Shown: one piece after another, positions 1-13,917 of the stretch
Layout of the letters: each line of letters opens with the position of its first letter
Numbering within the stretch: position 1 is the first letter of the stretch
Origin: Eledone cirrhosa
Lineage: Eukaryota
NCBI GenBank assembly: GCA_964016885.1
Contig: OZ024742.1
Coordinates: 108,252,001 to 108,316,000, forward strand
Length of the DNA stretch: 64,000 bases
Direction: 5' to 3'
Translations under genes and position numbers: made by a program
Notes under the pieces: generated by a model
Told to the model about the DNA's origin: nothing
What the model saw: the letters and a program-made list of their open reading frames with translations, nothing else
The model's database searches: none

Positions 1-400
1 ATGAACGCAGTCATATACCTTTTCGAGAACTACAAAACAAATATATGCCTCCTGGCAATATTCCCACGATTTCTCGAAGGCCTGCCGCAGTGTTAATATT
101 TGGTCGGCTGTGCTGCGTCCGGAGCGAAAACCGCACTGTTGATCAACTAGCTTGAGCTCGAAAATCTCCCTACATTTCTTTGCCAGACATTTAGCATAGA
201 TTTTACCGGGGAGTCTTAACAAGGAGATCCTTCTGTATCTGGAACAATCTCTCTTGTGTCCCTTTTTAAAAATTTGGATTATCATTCCCGACTGCCATTG
301 CTTAGGTTCCTTTTGAGAGATCTAGGCCACTTGGCACACACGAGTCAGCCAGAGAATATGTTCTCTATTTGAGGGTTTTAACATCTCGGACCGGATTTTT
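1..400 (-). mobile_element. RTE-clade LINE RT fragment (inverted segment)
   Basis: Minus strand reads QQCGFRSGRSTADQILTLRQAFEKSWEY...CFVVLEKVYD, N-terminal RT motifs typical of RTE LINEs; decayed; homologous to about 50290-50700 (-). Confidence 0.85.
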
Positions 401-409
401 ATCTTCCCC

Positions 410-1380
410 CAAAGTCTTGCTCAATTTTGGATATACTCTTGTCTCGAAAAGGGATATGAACTCGTTGCTTGGGCCCTGCTGTGGGATGTTCTGCAGGAGT
501 ATGGGATCGATAGTCAGCTTCTAGTTGCTCCGATATCTCTATACGAATGCCCGAGTATTTGTCTGGATAAATGGTGTTATATCGAAACCATTCAGTATGG
601 GATTGGGACTCCGCCAAGGGTGAGTACTCTCATCTCTCTTGTTCATTATTTTCATGATCAGGACTGACATGCAAAGCCGGGTTGGATGTGGTGTCACGAC
701 TGGTGGGTGTAGAATCGGCCGACTGGAATTTGCAGACATGGTGCATTTGCACTTGAGAGGTCTGATGCCGAATGCTGCATCGCTGGAACAAAAATCAGTA
801 CTGCGGAAACTGAGACACACGTCTTCTCAAGTAAACTTGCGCAGTGCACTCTACAAGTGAATGAAGTTCCACTGAAGCATGTGGAGATGTTCAAGTATCT
901 CAGGGCCGTGTTAAATAGTGGTGAAATTAAGTGCATAAATTGCAGGAGCTGATGCAGTGATGCGACAGCTTTAGCATTCCATAATCAGAAGAAGGGAGGT
1001 AGATGTAACAGCTAAACTCACTATCTTCAATTCGGTATTCGTGCCAACCCTTACCTTTGGTCATGAATCTTGGGTAATGACCGAAAGAATACGATCTCGA
1101 ATACAAGCAGCCAAAAAGAGGTTCTTCCGAGTTACTCAAGGTAGAGCCGCTACTTCTCTGAATTGAGAGATCACAGCTCCGATACTATGGGCTTGTGGTT
1201 AGAATGTCTTATGAAAGAATCACTCGACAGATTTTACGGGCAAAACCAACCGGCAGGAAATCTAGAGCAAGATGGTTGGATAACATCTACGAATTTGGCT
1301 GGTCACGCTTGGGGATCGAACCGGGTCAGTTGGAGACGGTTGTTTCTGGCAAGACCCGAAGGAAGGCGATTCAAACAAGC
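410..1380 (+). mobile_element. RTE-clade LINE RT C-terminal fragment
   Basis: LEKGYE..LLWDVLQEYG, GLRQG, LFIIFM, LEFAD(M), FKYL, LTFGHESW, RARWLDNI; multiple stops and frameshifts. Confidence 0.85.
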
Positions 1381-2299
1381 ATCTTTGGCACATACTACGC
1401 CATACTGAATCTCCCTGAGAATTACGTATGAGGTACACATGTCTATGATTTACTTCTCAATCAAGACGTTAACGTAACCGTCGTGGGTCCAACAACAACA
1501 CAAGGTGAATAAGCCTCTATAGGAAACTGGAATCTGACGACCAGTCCACGATGTTACAAAAGTTTAATTTGACATTGTACTCAAATCCCACAGGTTATCT
1601 AATTAAAGATGATATCGATAACATCTACGATTGATGTCAAAAATAGAATATCTTAGATATAAATGTCTAATTGATACGTCTTAAAAATACAAAAAGAAGC
1701 AAATAAACGTAAAAGTAAAGAAACAAAATACTAAATTATTCTTAGTTCCATCATTAATGAAATATCTGAATTAAAGAAACCATTTTAGAAACACTGCATT
1801 GAATTGCATACAAGAAACAAAACATTTTGTTTTTAGTTGTATTTTGTTCAATTATCTGGTATATTTATAACTGACATTCTTTGGTAAATGAATTACTGTT
1901 GTCAATCTCTCACCATGATGGACTCTAGTTTAATATTTCTACAGACAGTTCTATGGCGTCTCCGTTTGCTAAAAACTTCTAACATTTCAAAAACTCTCTT
2001 CTTACCAGTTTCAGCATTAGGAATATACACACTATCGACAAGCGTGTGTATGTTTGTGAGTGTGTGTTTCAACGACAAGTGATTCAGTTATTCGATCAAC
2101 CGAAGATCCTGTTCGTGAAATTAACATACAAAAAAAAAAAAAAAAAATAAAAATAAAACCCAACAACAACAAAAAGCTGAGCTTTCCACAGGCTCTTGTA
2201 TATTTTATTTAGTTCTCAGGGAGATTTAGTGTGATAGAGTGTGTGGAAACAGAGTGCCAGATTTAGTGTGATAGTGTGTGTCTTTGAAGTACATGTGTG

Positions 2300-2622
2300 T
2301 GTTGGACCACTGTCATTTCCGACGACGAGTCTCTCGTGGTTCGAACAACGGAAGAGCCTGCTTGTTAAATTAACGAGGCAAAATGGTTGTGGATTCCACA
2401 GACACGTGTATCGTTATTGTATTTTTCAGTGAATATTCAGCCTGATAGGGTGTATAACAAGGTTGGCTCTTTGAGTTATAGGTACACATCATTTTCAGCT
2501 AAGTAAAAGGAAGTAATATGAAATGAAATATTTTGCTCAAGGATACAACTCACCGCCAAAAATCTAATTCAGGACTTTGCGATCCTGAGCCGAACACCCA
2601 ACCATTAAGCTAGGCGCTTTCA
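2300..2622 (-). mobile_element. tRNA-derived SINE, family C (CORE-like), diverged
   Basis: Reverse complement has tRNA-like head and gtatccttgagcaaaatatttcatt segment; body shared with 29922-30235. Confidence 0.6.
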
Positions 2623-3015
2623 CATTTTTTATATATTTTATAAATGATAACACTGCTTCGCTGACGGTAAAATTTCATGAAATTGGCGTGAGAAATGTCG
2701 AACTGTCACTCTGGACGCTTCGTATCAAGATTACTTCATTTTCATATAGTAATCAAAATAGCTGGACAGCAGTCTTGGCACGAACGATATACAATGGATG
2801 TGTACGTTTTAATTTTGTTGATTTCAATTACCTCTGTAATTTATTTACATTATTCTTAACTCTGAAGCCGAGAATCATTCGGTTTCCTAAATAGAATGTT
2901 AGTCTACGATTTCAGTTATACCATAAACGTGGTTTTGACTTTGTGTGTAATTGTTCTCAACGTTCCACATATGACGTATTATTTTCGTTTTTTCCGTTCA
3001 TTGCCAGAGAACGTC

Positions 3016-3193
3016 TCCACTACTTTTGGCACAAGGCCAGCAATTATCCCAGTGTATTACTGGTACTTTATTTTATCGACCCCGTAAGGATGACAGGCAA
3101 AGTTAACCTCGGCGGGATTTGAATTCAGTCCGTAAAGGGACGTAACTGTGCTGCAAAGCATGGCGTCCGACCCTCTACCGATACTGCCAATCC
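3016..3193 (-). mobile_element. tRNA-derived SINE, family M
   Basis: Near-identical to five other copies; A-box-like tggcagtatcgg, B-box-like gaattcaaatcc, central gcc(t)gtcatccttacggggtcgataaaataaagtacc resembling the Meta-type SINE domain. Confidence 0.85.
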
Positions 3194-3317
3194 CTTCGTT
3201 TTTTTTCCGAGCTTTGCCAGGGAACGTTTCCATGAACCAAAGTATCGTCTTCCTGTCTTCCTTCGGTTGCAACGTTTTCCGAAATATTTACTTCTGCGTT
3301 CACAGATTGATTTTTTT

Positions 3318-3368
3318 AGTGTCAGAAGATCCCGTTAAGGGTGAAGGCAGCGATTCCTTGCTTAAACT
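3318..3368 (+). ncRNA. Type I hammerhead-like motif, CAGAAGA family (decayed, GAAG)
   Basis: agtgt-CAGAAGA-tccc gttaa gggt-GAAG-gca...tgc-TT-aaact, in a ~200 bp TA-flanked module repeated at 5752, 33721, 37469. Confidence 0.55.
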
Positions 3369-3476
3369 TTAATCTGTTATTTTAATAAATATTTGCTCTA
3401 CGGTTCTTATATATTTGATATATATTTATCCTTATCGAGCACTCTTTCGATTTTAGTCTTCAAATATGTTATTATT

Positions 3477-3514
<38 letters not shown>

Positions 3515-3516
<2 letters not shown>

Positions 3517-4420
3517 GAAAAATTGAACAGGGACAGAACAGAGAGGCAGTACGATAAATGTTTATTAAATTCAGGCTCAGGAGAGTGGGGTGTAGGTGGG
3601 GGACGACGTTTCGGGCATAAGCCCTTCTTCAGGTGAGAAGTGTGTGGGAACAGAGTTCAAAAGGTGTGTAGGGGAGTGGTGGAGAGACATATAGCGAAAG
3701 GAAACGGTGCGAATGAAAAATTAACAAATAAAGACATAAATATAATAAATAATAAATAAAAATAAAGCATGATCAAAATACAAGGAATGAGAAAATTTAA
3801 AAATAAAGGCATGATCAAAATAAACTGAAATTAAAAGGGGGGTAAACAGGTGGTGGAAGGGTGTGGGGTGAGTAGGGGTGGTGGCGGGTGGAGTGGGGAG
3901 AGGGAGACGGGGTGTCCGAGCGGGGAGGGCTGAAGGTGGTGTGTGTAGTTAGGTGTGCGTGTGTGTGTGTGTGTGTGGATGTGAAAGTGAGGGTTGGGGG
4001 AAGAACGGGGTTGCATGTTCAGGAAGGTGTGTGTGGGGGTGTTTTTGTGGGTTGGAGGGTCTGTGCGTGTGTGGATAGGGGGTGGGGGGAGAGGAATCAG
4101 GGGGCTGAGGGTGTAAATATGTGGTGGGAAGCACGTGTGTGTGGTTTAAGCGTGTTGTGGGTGTGGGTGGCGTGTGGATGAAAAAAAAATGTTGGGGGTG
4201 TGTGTGTGGGTGAGTTATATAGGTGATGGTGTAAGAGGATGGTTGAAAAGTTGGTAAGTTACACGGATGTATGGAGATTTTGGTTAGAAGTCAATAACGC
4301 GTGTGGGTAATCCAAGAAGCGGTGGTCGGAAGAGGAGAGATGTGGGGTGCGCGCGCAACAGGAAGTGGTCAGTAATGGAAGTGCTGTGGTCAGTTGGTGC
4401 TGAGACAGTGGTCGGAAGGG
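3515..4420 (-). mobile_element. PLE-like 3' region with hammerhead-like core
   Basis: Minus strand CTGAAGA-agggc ttat gccc-GAAA-cgtcg-TC (about 3602-3632) then AATAAA and (TA)n; stem I not evident; terminus shared with 28115-28190. Confidence 0.5.
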
Positions 4421-4423
4421 CAC

Positions 4424-4454
<31 letters not shown>

Positions 4455-4599
4455 TATATATATATTTATAAATAGATTTACATATGTATATATATATATA
4501 TAATATATATATAATATATATATATATTTATTAAAATAAATTATATTTATCCTTATCGAGCCCTCTTTGGATTTTAGTCTTCAAATTTATTATTATTAC

Positions 4600-4648
<49 letters not shown>

Positions 4649-4651
<3 letters not shown>

Positions 4652-4910
4652 GAATATATGAGAGGGATGAACACCGATACAAGTATACATGTGTTCGAAT
4701 TGCAAATGACCAAGTTAGATCTGTTGAAAAATAATAATTAAATTAGTATTTTTCAACCTAACTAACTAGGTCATTTGCAATTCGAACACATGTATACTTG
4801 TATCGGTGTTCATCCCTCTCATATATTCAATTGTATTACACGGCTCGGAAAGATTCCCTTCCTTGAGCTATTTAATTGTAAAAGACTATTTTGAGTTTCT
4901 AACTCAATAT
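4649..4910 (+). mobile_element. TA-flanked family D module with fold-back
   Basis: Palindrome about 4649-4832, then a tail homologous to 8960-9075 and 21200-21328. Confidence 0.7.
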
Positions 4911-4959
4911 ATGATATATATATATATATAAAGATATACATATATATATGTATATATAT

Positions 4960-5085
4960 ATTCAATAGAGAAACGCTTCTCACAAGACTAGAACTGTTTC
5001 ACTCGGGACAAATCATCAGGAAGCCGCTTCCTGGTGATTTTTCTCGAATGAAACAGTTCTAGTCCTGTAAAAGCCTTTCTATATT
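4960..5085. ncRNA. Back-to-back pair of type I hammerheads (CAG-ttctagtc-CTG family)
   Basis: Palindrome; arms read gcttc-CTG(A/G)TGA-stem II-GAAA-CAG ttctagtc (C/T)TG-..-(g/a)aagc; both arms carry mutations. Confidence 0.7.
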
Positions 5086-5269
5086 AAATATGTATACTCT
5101 GCTTTGTATTGAGTACCTTACTTACTGAGGTTAGCCTCGATTGAACGCGGGATGAACTTATATGTATATATATATATAAATATTTATATATATATAAATA
5201 CATATATATATATATATATATATACATACATAAAAAATATATATACATATGCAAAATTATACACACATA

Positions 5270-5337
<68 letters not shown>

Positions 5338-5446
5338 TTCAAAATATTAACAAAATAGGTATTCTTGTGATTGAATATTAACAAAATAGGTATTCAGTGA
5401 CTGAATCTTAACCATATACCATGTCATGGTATGTCATGCATCATCT

Positions 5447-5513
5447 TATTTTATCTGATGAGGACGTACTGTTGAACTTAAATCAATACCTCTGAAATAT
5501 GTATAATAAAATA
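5447..5513 (+). ncRNA. Type I hammerhead ribozyme
   Basis: tattttat-CTGATGA-stem II-GAAA-tatgta-TA-ataaaata; 8-bp stem I; related to 43582, 43777, 45239, 48950. Confidence 0.8.
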
Positions 5514-5797
5514 TAATTGATCCCAAGAATATCTATTTTGTTAATATTTTGAATTAATATTACTAACTCTTGAAAACCTTATTTGTTGAGTGCTTACAAT
5601 CTATTGTAAAACTCATTCTTTGATGTATTAATTGAACCTTGTTTAACTTTTAAACATATATATATATATATATATACATTTATATATATATACATATATA
5701 TATACATTTATATATACATAGAATCGGTGCTTTCACACTTAACGGGATCTTCAGAAGATCCCGTTAAGTGTGAAAGCAGCGATTCTTTACTTAAGCA

Positions 5798-6135
<338 letters not shown>

Positions 6136-6933
6136 TATATAAAGAATTAGTATATCTACCAACATATATATACAATGTATACCTATGCAAGCAAATATAT
6201 AGGTTTTGTCGTAGTAACTTTGTTGGTAGATATACTAATTCTTTATAATTATCTCCAAATTATTTTGTTGAGCAAAAAATTGCCAAAATTACTACTATAG
6301 TTCATAGTAACAGCTTGGCTACTGTCTTCTTAGCACCCCACTCCTTACTGATTAACCTCGATGTCACGTGGTTGATTCTTTTGAATTTGCCACCGGACAA
6401 GAAGGCAATGATTTTTTCAGTGTCCTGGAATTTAGTCCCCGCTTGCTCTATTCCATCTACTGAATATATTTGTGTATAAGTTCCCTGTGTCCACGCATCG
6501 CCAGGTATCTTAGCTGAGAATGACTCCCTGGTGACGAAAAGGTTTCTCCATGTTCTACATATATTTCCCTTTCAGAAACTAATCAGTTTGAGTGAAATTT
6601 AAGTAAGTAAGCTAATTACTATAATTTTCTTATTTTACGTTTTTCATATATATATATATATATCATAAAACATGTCTATAGAATCACCAGATAAAATATA
6701 TACCATTTCCTCTCCCAATTAGCATAATTAACTATATAAAAAATCGAATAGACCAGGCTATAAGAATAAGGCTTCTATGAAAAAATCTCTAACAAATAAC
6801 CGAAACGAGCCCTTCGCGTCGGCTACGACGGAATATTTATCGAATATTTCGACAGCGTAATCGCCCAGATACAGTCAATTAAACAGAATTAGGTGTAAAA
6901 TAAACTAGGAGAAAAGAGAATACATTTATTTAC

Positions 6934-7006
6934 CTCTACCATGGTTTCGTCCGCATTTTGAGATTTCCAATATCTTCGGAAATTCGAGCCTCGAACTCTT
7001 CAGGAG
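6934..7006 (-). ncRNA. Type I hammerhead ribozyme
   Basis: Inverted copy of 7636-7708. Confidence 0.8.
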
Positions 7007-7635
7007 TTTGCTCTAATCTAGACAATAAATTTTGCAAAGTGATCGCGCCAAGAATACATTCAAAAATGGCTAAGAATCGTGACGTAGCAGCGTTTATTTT
7101 ACACCTAATTCTGTTTAATTGACTGTATCTGGGCGATTATGCTGTCGAAATATTCGATAAATATTCCGTCGTAGCCGACACGAAGGGCTCGTTTCGGTTA
7201 TTTGTTGGAGATTTCTTCATAGCAGCCTTATTCTTATAGCCTGGTCTATTCGATTTTTTATATAGTTAATTATGCTAATTGGGAGAGGAAATGGTATATA
7301 TTTTATCTGGTGATTCTATAGACATGTTTTATGATATATAGCTCTGATTATTTAATTCATTAAGTTTTCATTGAGCCACAAAGTGACCCGTTGCAAAACA
7401 CGTATATGTATATATATATATATATATATATAAACCTTTATATGTAATAATCTCCCATTAGGTTGAGATACAAATTTGGCTGTATTGTGCTGTGCTTTCT
7501 AGCAAAAAGCCACCAGCCATAAGTAACTACCACACTCCTTCCAACCTGACGCTGCTACGTCACGATTCTTAGCCATTTTTGAAATAATTCTTGGCGCGAT
7601 CACTTTGGAAAATTTATTGTCTAGATTAGAGCAAA

Positions 7636-7708
7636 CTCCTGAAGAGTCCGAGGCTCGAATTTCCGAAGATATTGGGAATCTCAAAATGCGGACGAAACCA
7701 TGGTAGAG
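7636..7708 (+). ncRNA. Type I hammerhead ribozyme
   Basis: ctc-CTGAAGA-gtccg...cggac-GAAA-CCATGG-TA-gag, then AATAAA; palindromic stem III. Confidence 0.85.
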
Positions 7709-8055
7709 GTCAATAAATGTATTCTCTTTTCTCCTAGTTTATTTTACACCTAATTCTGTTTAATTGACTGTATCTGGGCGATTACGCTGTCGAAATATTC
7801 GATAAATATTCCGTCGTAGCCGACGCGAAGGGCTCGTTTCGGTTATTTGTTAGAGATTTTTTCATAGAAGCCTTATTCTTATAGCCTGGTCTATTCGATT
7901 TTTTATATAGTTAATTATGCTAATTGGGAGAGGAAATGGTATATATTTTATCTGGTGATTCTATAGACATGTTTTATGATATATAGCTCTGATTATTTAA
8001 TTTATTAACTTTTCATTGAGCCACAAAGTGACCCGTTGCAAAACACGTATATGTA

Positions 8056-8142
<87 letters not shown>

Positions 8143-8148
8143 ATATAC

Positions 8149-8187
<39 letters not shown>

Positions 8188-8510
8188 AATATATATATAC
8201 ATATATATATATACATATAAAATTAGTCCTTCATCAGTGATCTTCCAACTTTCATTGGTATTTCATCGCTTTAAAAATCATTTATACCCCTAGTTGGTGC
8301 GAGCAATAACAAATAAAGTTATTGGGACAAGTAAAATAGGGTGAAACGAGCGAGACATGTAAACAAAGAACGATGGTATGGCAACGGAAAGATAGGAAGA
8401 GACAAGCACATGAAATCTGTAAGCTTAAGCTTGGTGAATTCATGGTCGAGACATACAGACCATCCGACATGTGTGAAATGTGAGCGAGAAAAGAATTTCA
8501 CACAGGTTAA

Positions 8511-8514
<4 letters not shown>

Positions 8515-8597
<83 letters not shown>

Positions 8598-8752
8598 CAT
8601 ATATATATATACATATATATATATATACATATATATATATACATATATATATATACATATATATATATACATATATATATACATATATATATATATACAT
8701 ATATATATATACATATATATATATACATATATATATACATATATATATATAC

Positions 8753-8843
<91 letters not shown>
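8515..8843. repeat. (TA)n/(TACA) microsatellite
   Basis: About 330 bp TA-rich tract. Confidence 0.95.
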
Positions 8844-8847
<4 letters not shown>

Positions 8848-9628
8848 AAATATATGATAAACACGAAATGTGTTTATATTGCAACAGACAAAGTTAGCTA
8901 TTAATGAAATAAATTGTATTTACTTTAATTAGTTTATTTCATTAATAGCTAACTTTGTCTGTTGCAATATAAACACATTTCGTGTTTATCATATATTTTA
9001 AATGTAACTGCTCGGAAGAGCCCCTTCCTGGAGCTTAATTATTGTAAACGACTGAGAGTTTATTCTCAAAATATAATATAATGTATAGCTCCTTTATTGT
9101 ATGAGCTGATCCTTAATCCTGCATAAGCGGCTGTTATTTCTAGCACCGTGAATGCCGGATAGCTAGTTTTGGCCTGCCTGCACACGTGTAGTCAGACCTG
9201 CAAAATTTTTGATGTGAGATAGACTAATTTTACTGGATTCCTGTTGATAAGCACAGTAGATTTGGGTATTTCACTCTTTTATTTCTACTCCATTTCGATT
9301 CTCTTTATTTTTCAATTCACATTCCACCGTTGCGAAACTTATTTGGGTTTCGAGGTTCAAATTCGTCTACAGAACAGGTTTGAATTTCGAAATTTAAATA
9401 TGTCCAGGAATCATGGTCGTTGCCAATATAAGCTTGTCTTTATTGACTTATATCGAGACAGACAAATTGTATTTACTTTAATTAGTTTATTTCATTAATA
9501 GCTAACTTTGTCTGTTGCAATATAAACACATTTCGTGTTTATCATATATTTTAAATGTAACTGCTCGGAGGAGCCCCTTCCTGGAGCTTAATTATTGTAA
9601 ACGACTGAGAATTTATTCTCAAAATATA

Positions 9629-9632
<4 letters not shown>
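8843..9632 (+). mobile_element. Family D element with terminal direct repeats and 5' inversion
   Basis: 8911-9080 repeats at 9464-9632; 8843-8912 is an inverted part of the repeat. Confidence 0.8.
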
Positions 9633-9684
<52 letters not shown>

Positions 9685-9985
9685 TACACATATATACAAA
9701 TATACAAATATATACACACACACAAGTCGCATGAAAGTTGCTTAATTAATGCGGTGCTTGTGATTTAAGCTATTTTTAAGTGAAAAAATGCCTTGCATTG
9801 GACAATCCTATATTTTGAATAACTGTAATATCTCCAAAAAGAAGAACATGTCAATATCATTGTCTGCCAACGGTCCTATATCAACATTTCTCTTCTGGAA
9901 TGATGTCTTAACAAAACTTGGAGTTTCTCAAACCCGTTGGGCCAACCACGTGCTCGGGCCGAGTACTTCCATGTCTCCGTACATG

Positions 9986-10021
<36 letters not shown>

Positions 10022-10444
10022 TATATGAAATGTGGCTTTTGCAGCGTGATCTAGCCATGATACTTCCTTTTTGCGCGTGAAACCATGTGGTCTAAAAGGA
10101 AGCTGATGAGGGCAAAATTACGCCTTAATCCTATACTTCTCGTTAGTTTAGGTTTTTCATCTTTTCTCCATTATTTTTATCTAGCGCAAATCTCCAGAAT
10201 GTCTGCTCCATTAGTCTCATTCCCGCTTTTCTCCTTTCCTCCTCTCTTCACTCTTCTCTCATTTATCATCTCTTTAGACTCTCTTTCTTCCATTCTCTCC
10301 CCCCCACTTCGTTACTCCGCTCAATAAGAGGTCAAATTTTAACCCATTTTGCTAAGCATATAGTAATCAGTTTACAGTTATCCACTGCAGATTCCTACCA
10401 TTTTATAAACTAATTTAATAGAATCTCTGCGCTTGAGCACATTA

Positions 10445-10489
10445 TTCCTGATGATTTCATACGAATGAAACAGTTCTAGTCCTCTAGAA
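10445..10489 (+). ncRNA. Type I hammerhead ribozyme (CAG-ttctagtc-CTG family)
   Basis: ttc-CTGATGA-t ttc atac gaa t-GAAA-cag ttctagtc ctc-TA-gaa; one stem III mismatch. Confidence 0.7.
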
Positions 10490-10533
10490 GCCATTACTAT
10501 ATATATATATATACAACACGCGCAAACACACAC

Positions 10534-10571
<38 letters not shown>

Positions 10572-10610
10572 ACACGTATATATATATATACAACACACGC
10601 AAAAACACAG

Positions 10611-10690
<80 letters not shown>

Positions 10691-10720
10691 TTTGGCGCGT
10701 GTTGTATATATATATATATA

Positions 10721-11533
10721 TATTTAATACATTAACAGAGAAATCTTTAAGCAATACTCTGACCGGCTTCCGTCTCACTCAACAAACATTAGGATATACC
10801 TTAGTATAATCTTAATTTTACGTTTGGGGTGCTAACTATATGTATTTTGCGGATAGCCAGTTGTATTATTTTATATGAGACATAATTAAAATACATCTTC
10901 CTTTCCAAACAATTGTTTCATTATAAGTTTTCTACAAGTTGGGAAAATATGTCCAGGTAATGTAGAAGCCTACACATAGTCCGTAGGAATATATGCAGTG
11001 GGCACTTATAAATCATCAGTGGATGCCCGTCAAATATCGATATAAAAAAAAATTTCTTACCGATATCCAATGTTCAGCGAAGGTCCCCTTCCGTGTCAGA
11101 ATGACCGCCAAATTTGAAATTCCAGCAGTCTCAGAATGAGAAATTTTACACTGTCATCAAGCAGAAAGGGGAGGTCATCGCAAAACACAAGAAAAGAAAA
11201 TAATATGCACGCGGGTCAATTAATTCTTTCAATAATTTTAACCTTGCGTGTGAAGAACTCAATTAGATTTAAAAAAAATAAATATATGCATGTATTATTT
11301 ATACACGCATATAGGTATTTTCTTAGGCTAAAAACAGAGATAAGATACCAGAATAACAATCAATATTTCATACAAATAATAAATACGGAAAGTTACACTT
11401 AAAAGGTATCTGGAAATATTCATCACTGGCCAAATCAAGAGTATAATATTTAATACATTAACAGAGAAAGCTTTAAGCAATACTCTGACCGGCTTCCGTC
11501 TCACTCAACAAACATTAGGATATACCTTAGTAT
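10721..11533 (-). mobile_element. Non-coding element with ~85-bp terminal direct repeats and one hammerhead
   Basis: 10721-10808 repeats at 11447-11533; (TA)n on both sides. Confidence 0.8.
10904..11023 (-). ncRNA. Type I hammerhead with long stem II insertion
   Basis: tcca-CTGATGA-t ttataagt...acttataa t-GAAA-CAATTG-TT-tgga. Confidence 0.8.
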
Positions 11534-11549
11534 ATATATATATATAACT

Positions 11550-12335
11550 AATGGGGGAGTTGCTTATCATATCCGTGAGTACTGTTATCACATTCCAAAT
11601 CAGTCTTTCTACACAAAAAGCAGCTAGAAATGGTAAAATTTACCACACATCGGCCAACACATTCCCCTAGTCATGAGAACAATTTAGAAGATAGCCCCAG
11701 AAAGATGGAAGACGTACTAACTAAACTAGATCAGAGTTTCAACATACTACTGCTGAGAGAATTTAACCTCCCCGAGGTCAAATGGATCGAAGGCCACCTC
11801 CTCTCAACAGCACAAGAACAAAGACAGAGAAAGTTCCTGCTGGAACTTACAAACAGAATGTTCCTAAAACAAATGGTACTACATCCAACAAGAGGTGAGG
11901 ATATCCTGGATCTCTGCTTCACAACTAACATGGCACTCATCCACAATGTAAAGGTGACACCCGACGATTTTCTCGGTATATAAAATAGCAGAACTAACAA
12001 CATATAGTCTGGGAAAGACTAGATATGAAGCCACCAGGAACCAACCGGATTTTATCCAGACTCCACTTCCACAAAGCTAACTGGAAAAGGATTCTGGAAG
12101 AAATCCTGAAGCGAGACCGGCGCGACAGTTTCTCTATGCAAGATGTCAATATGCAACTTGAACATTTCGTGACAACAATTCAAGCTGTATGCATTAAGTT
12201 TGCCCGGAAAAAAGGCCAACAGACACAGACATATTATTCCTATAGACAGAAAAATTCATATGAGACGATGAACGAAGGCCTTCATCAAATTCGCAAAATG
12301 ACCGCCCCTGGAACGAAGACGGAAAAGGTACGCTG
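11550..12335 (+). mobile_element. CR1-superfamily LINE APE endonuclease fragment
   Basis: GGVAY, EFNLPEVKW, FLKQMVLHPTRGEDILDLCFT, LHFHKANW; decayed. Confidence 0.75.
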
Positions 12336-13917
12336 TAATATATATATATATATTCAGGTTTGAGGTTCACCACTGGATAGAGCTGGTCAATTCCGTATGG
12401 TCAATCTTAATGTAATAATATGGAGAGTACTCAACGTAAAGCAGTTCAACCGTCTTTGTTTTTGTAGTTGGTGGTGCTAGTACGGAGTTAAATATTATAA
12501 TGAAATGACAGGAGGCTGGATTTGTGTTTTGATCTCTCCATTTACTCCACCACCACTCTTGTTTGTTTATTTATATCTTTATATCTTTCTACCTTTGTAT
12601 TAATGTTTTTTCCACGTATTCTACTTCTATACATCCATGCACTTTTTATTTCTCTTATTCGGACTTTTACTCGCGTGTACCCATTAGCACACGACATTAG
12701 AATGTCTCCCCCTGGGAACATAAATACTGCAACCTGAACTATATTGTATTTCTCCTATGTCTTGATTTGTCCATCTTACTCCACCACCACTCTTGTTGGT
12801 TTATTTATATATTTATACCTTTGCTTTATTAATGTGCTTTTCCACGTATTCTACTTCTATGTGTCCATGTATTTCTACTCCTCTTAATGGGACTTTTACT
12901 CACTTGTACCCATTAGCACACGACACTAGAATGTCTCCCCTGAGTTCAAAAATAAATATTACCCGACTATATCCCTTACTCTACATCCCACTAGGATAAA
13001 TTATAGAGGATTGATATAATACAATTAACGTTTCTTCATAAAAGACTCTCTTTAACTAAACCCCACAACCCTAAACCTTAAAAAAGTTTTTTAAATGCTT
13101 AATTTTCAATTTTCTATTTGTTCAATTCTCAATCTTCTTACTCTTTAATTTTATAATGTTATTCTGAATTCTTTCAACTTCATCCTATAAATCTAAACAA
13201 TATCTTAACGTTCCAACTTTCTGTCGGACTGTTGGGTTGGTTTTCCTGGCAGCGGGCCCGGCCCCCTGGCGCATAGGCCTACCTTGAGTGTTTGGAAAAA
13301 TAAATTTCCCTTTCTTTCAGTAAATGAAACTACTCGGAGTGGCTTGATTCGCCCCAGGGGCCCGGCGCGCAGCCGGTTTTTTGACCGCGATATGGTACCT
13401 TTAAATTACAGATCAAATCAGAACTATTAGACGTATCACGCCTCCCTCTACTTAAGCAAATCCCCCTCCTGGGTAAAGGAATAGTACTGGTTTTGTACAA
13501 GAATGGCCTAATGATGCGGGCTGACTTCCTGCTGGCGCTCCTGAGGCCTGTTATACATTCCTAGAGTGCTCGGAAAAATCGATTTCCATATCTTTTGCTA
13601 GGCGATATCACTCGGAGTGATGGGCTGCCCAAACTTGTAGTCACCGCATGCTGTTTGACGGCTAAACAAAGACATAATCTTTACTCTATAATAAAATTGA
13701 AGTGTCTTCATAAAAGACTCTTTCTTTGCTTAAACCTCGCAACCTTAAACAATTTAAACTGTTTAACTTTCAATTTTCTAATTTCTTTAATTTTATAATG
13801 TTAATATTAAATATTAACTTTTTAACTTCATCCTATAAGTCTAAACAAAAATATAACGTTCCAATCTTCTGCTCACACATTATAATACACTGACACCCAC
13901 TATATTTACCTCTGCAA

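Larger units (their letters stand above)
6660..8050 (+). mobile_element. Non-coding PLE pseudo-LTR / retrozyme-like unit (inverted plus tandem copies)
   Basis: 6660-7093 is the reverse complement of about 7549-7983; 7094-7405 directly repeats 7738-8050; TA-flanked. Confidence 0.85.

Noticed and set aside
8221-8245. Minus-strand CTGATGA beside a TA tract
   Set aside because: Truncated; the 3' half is absent.
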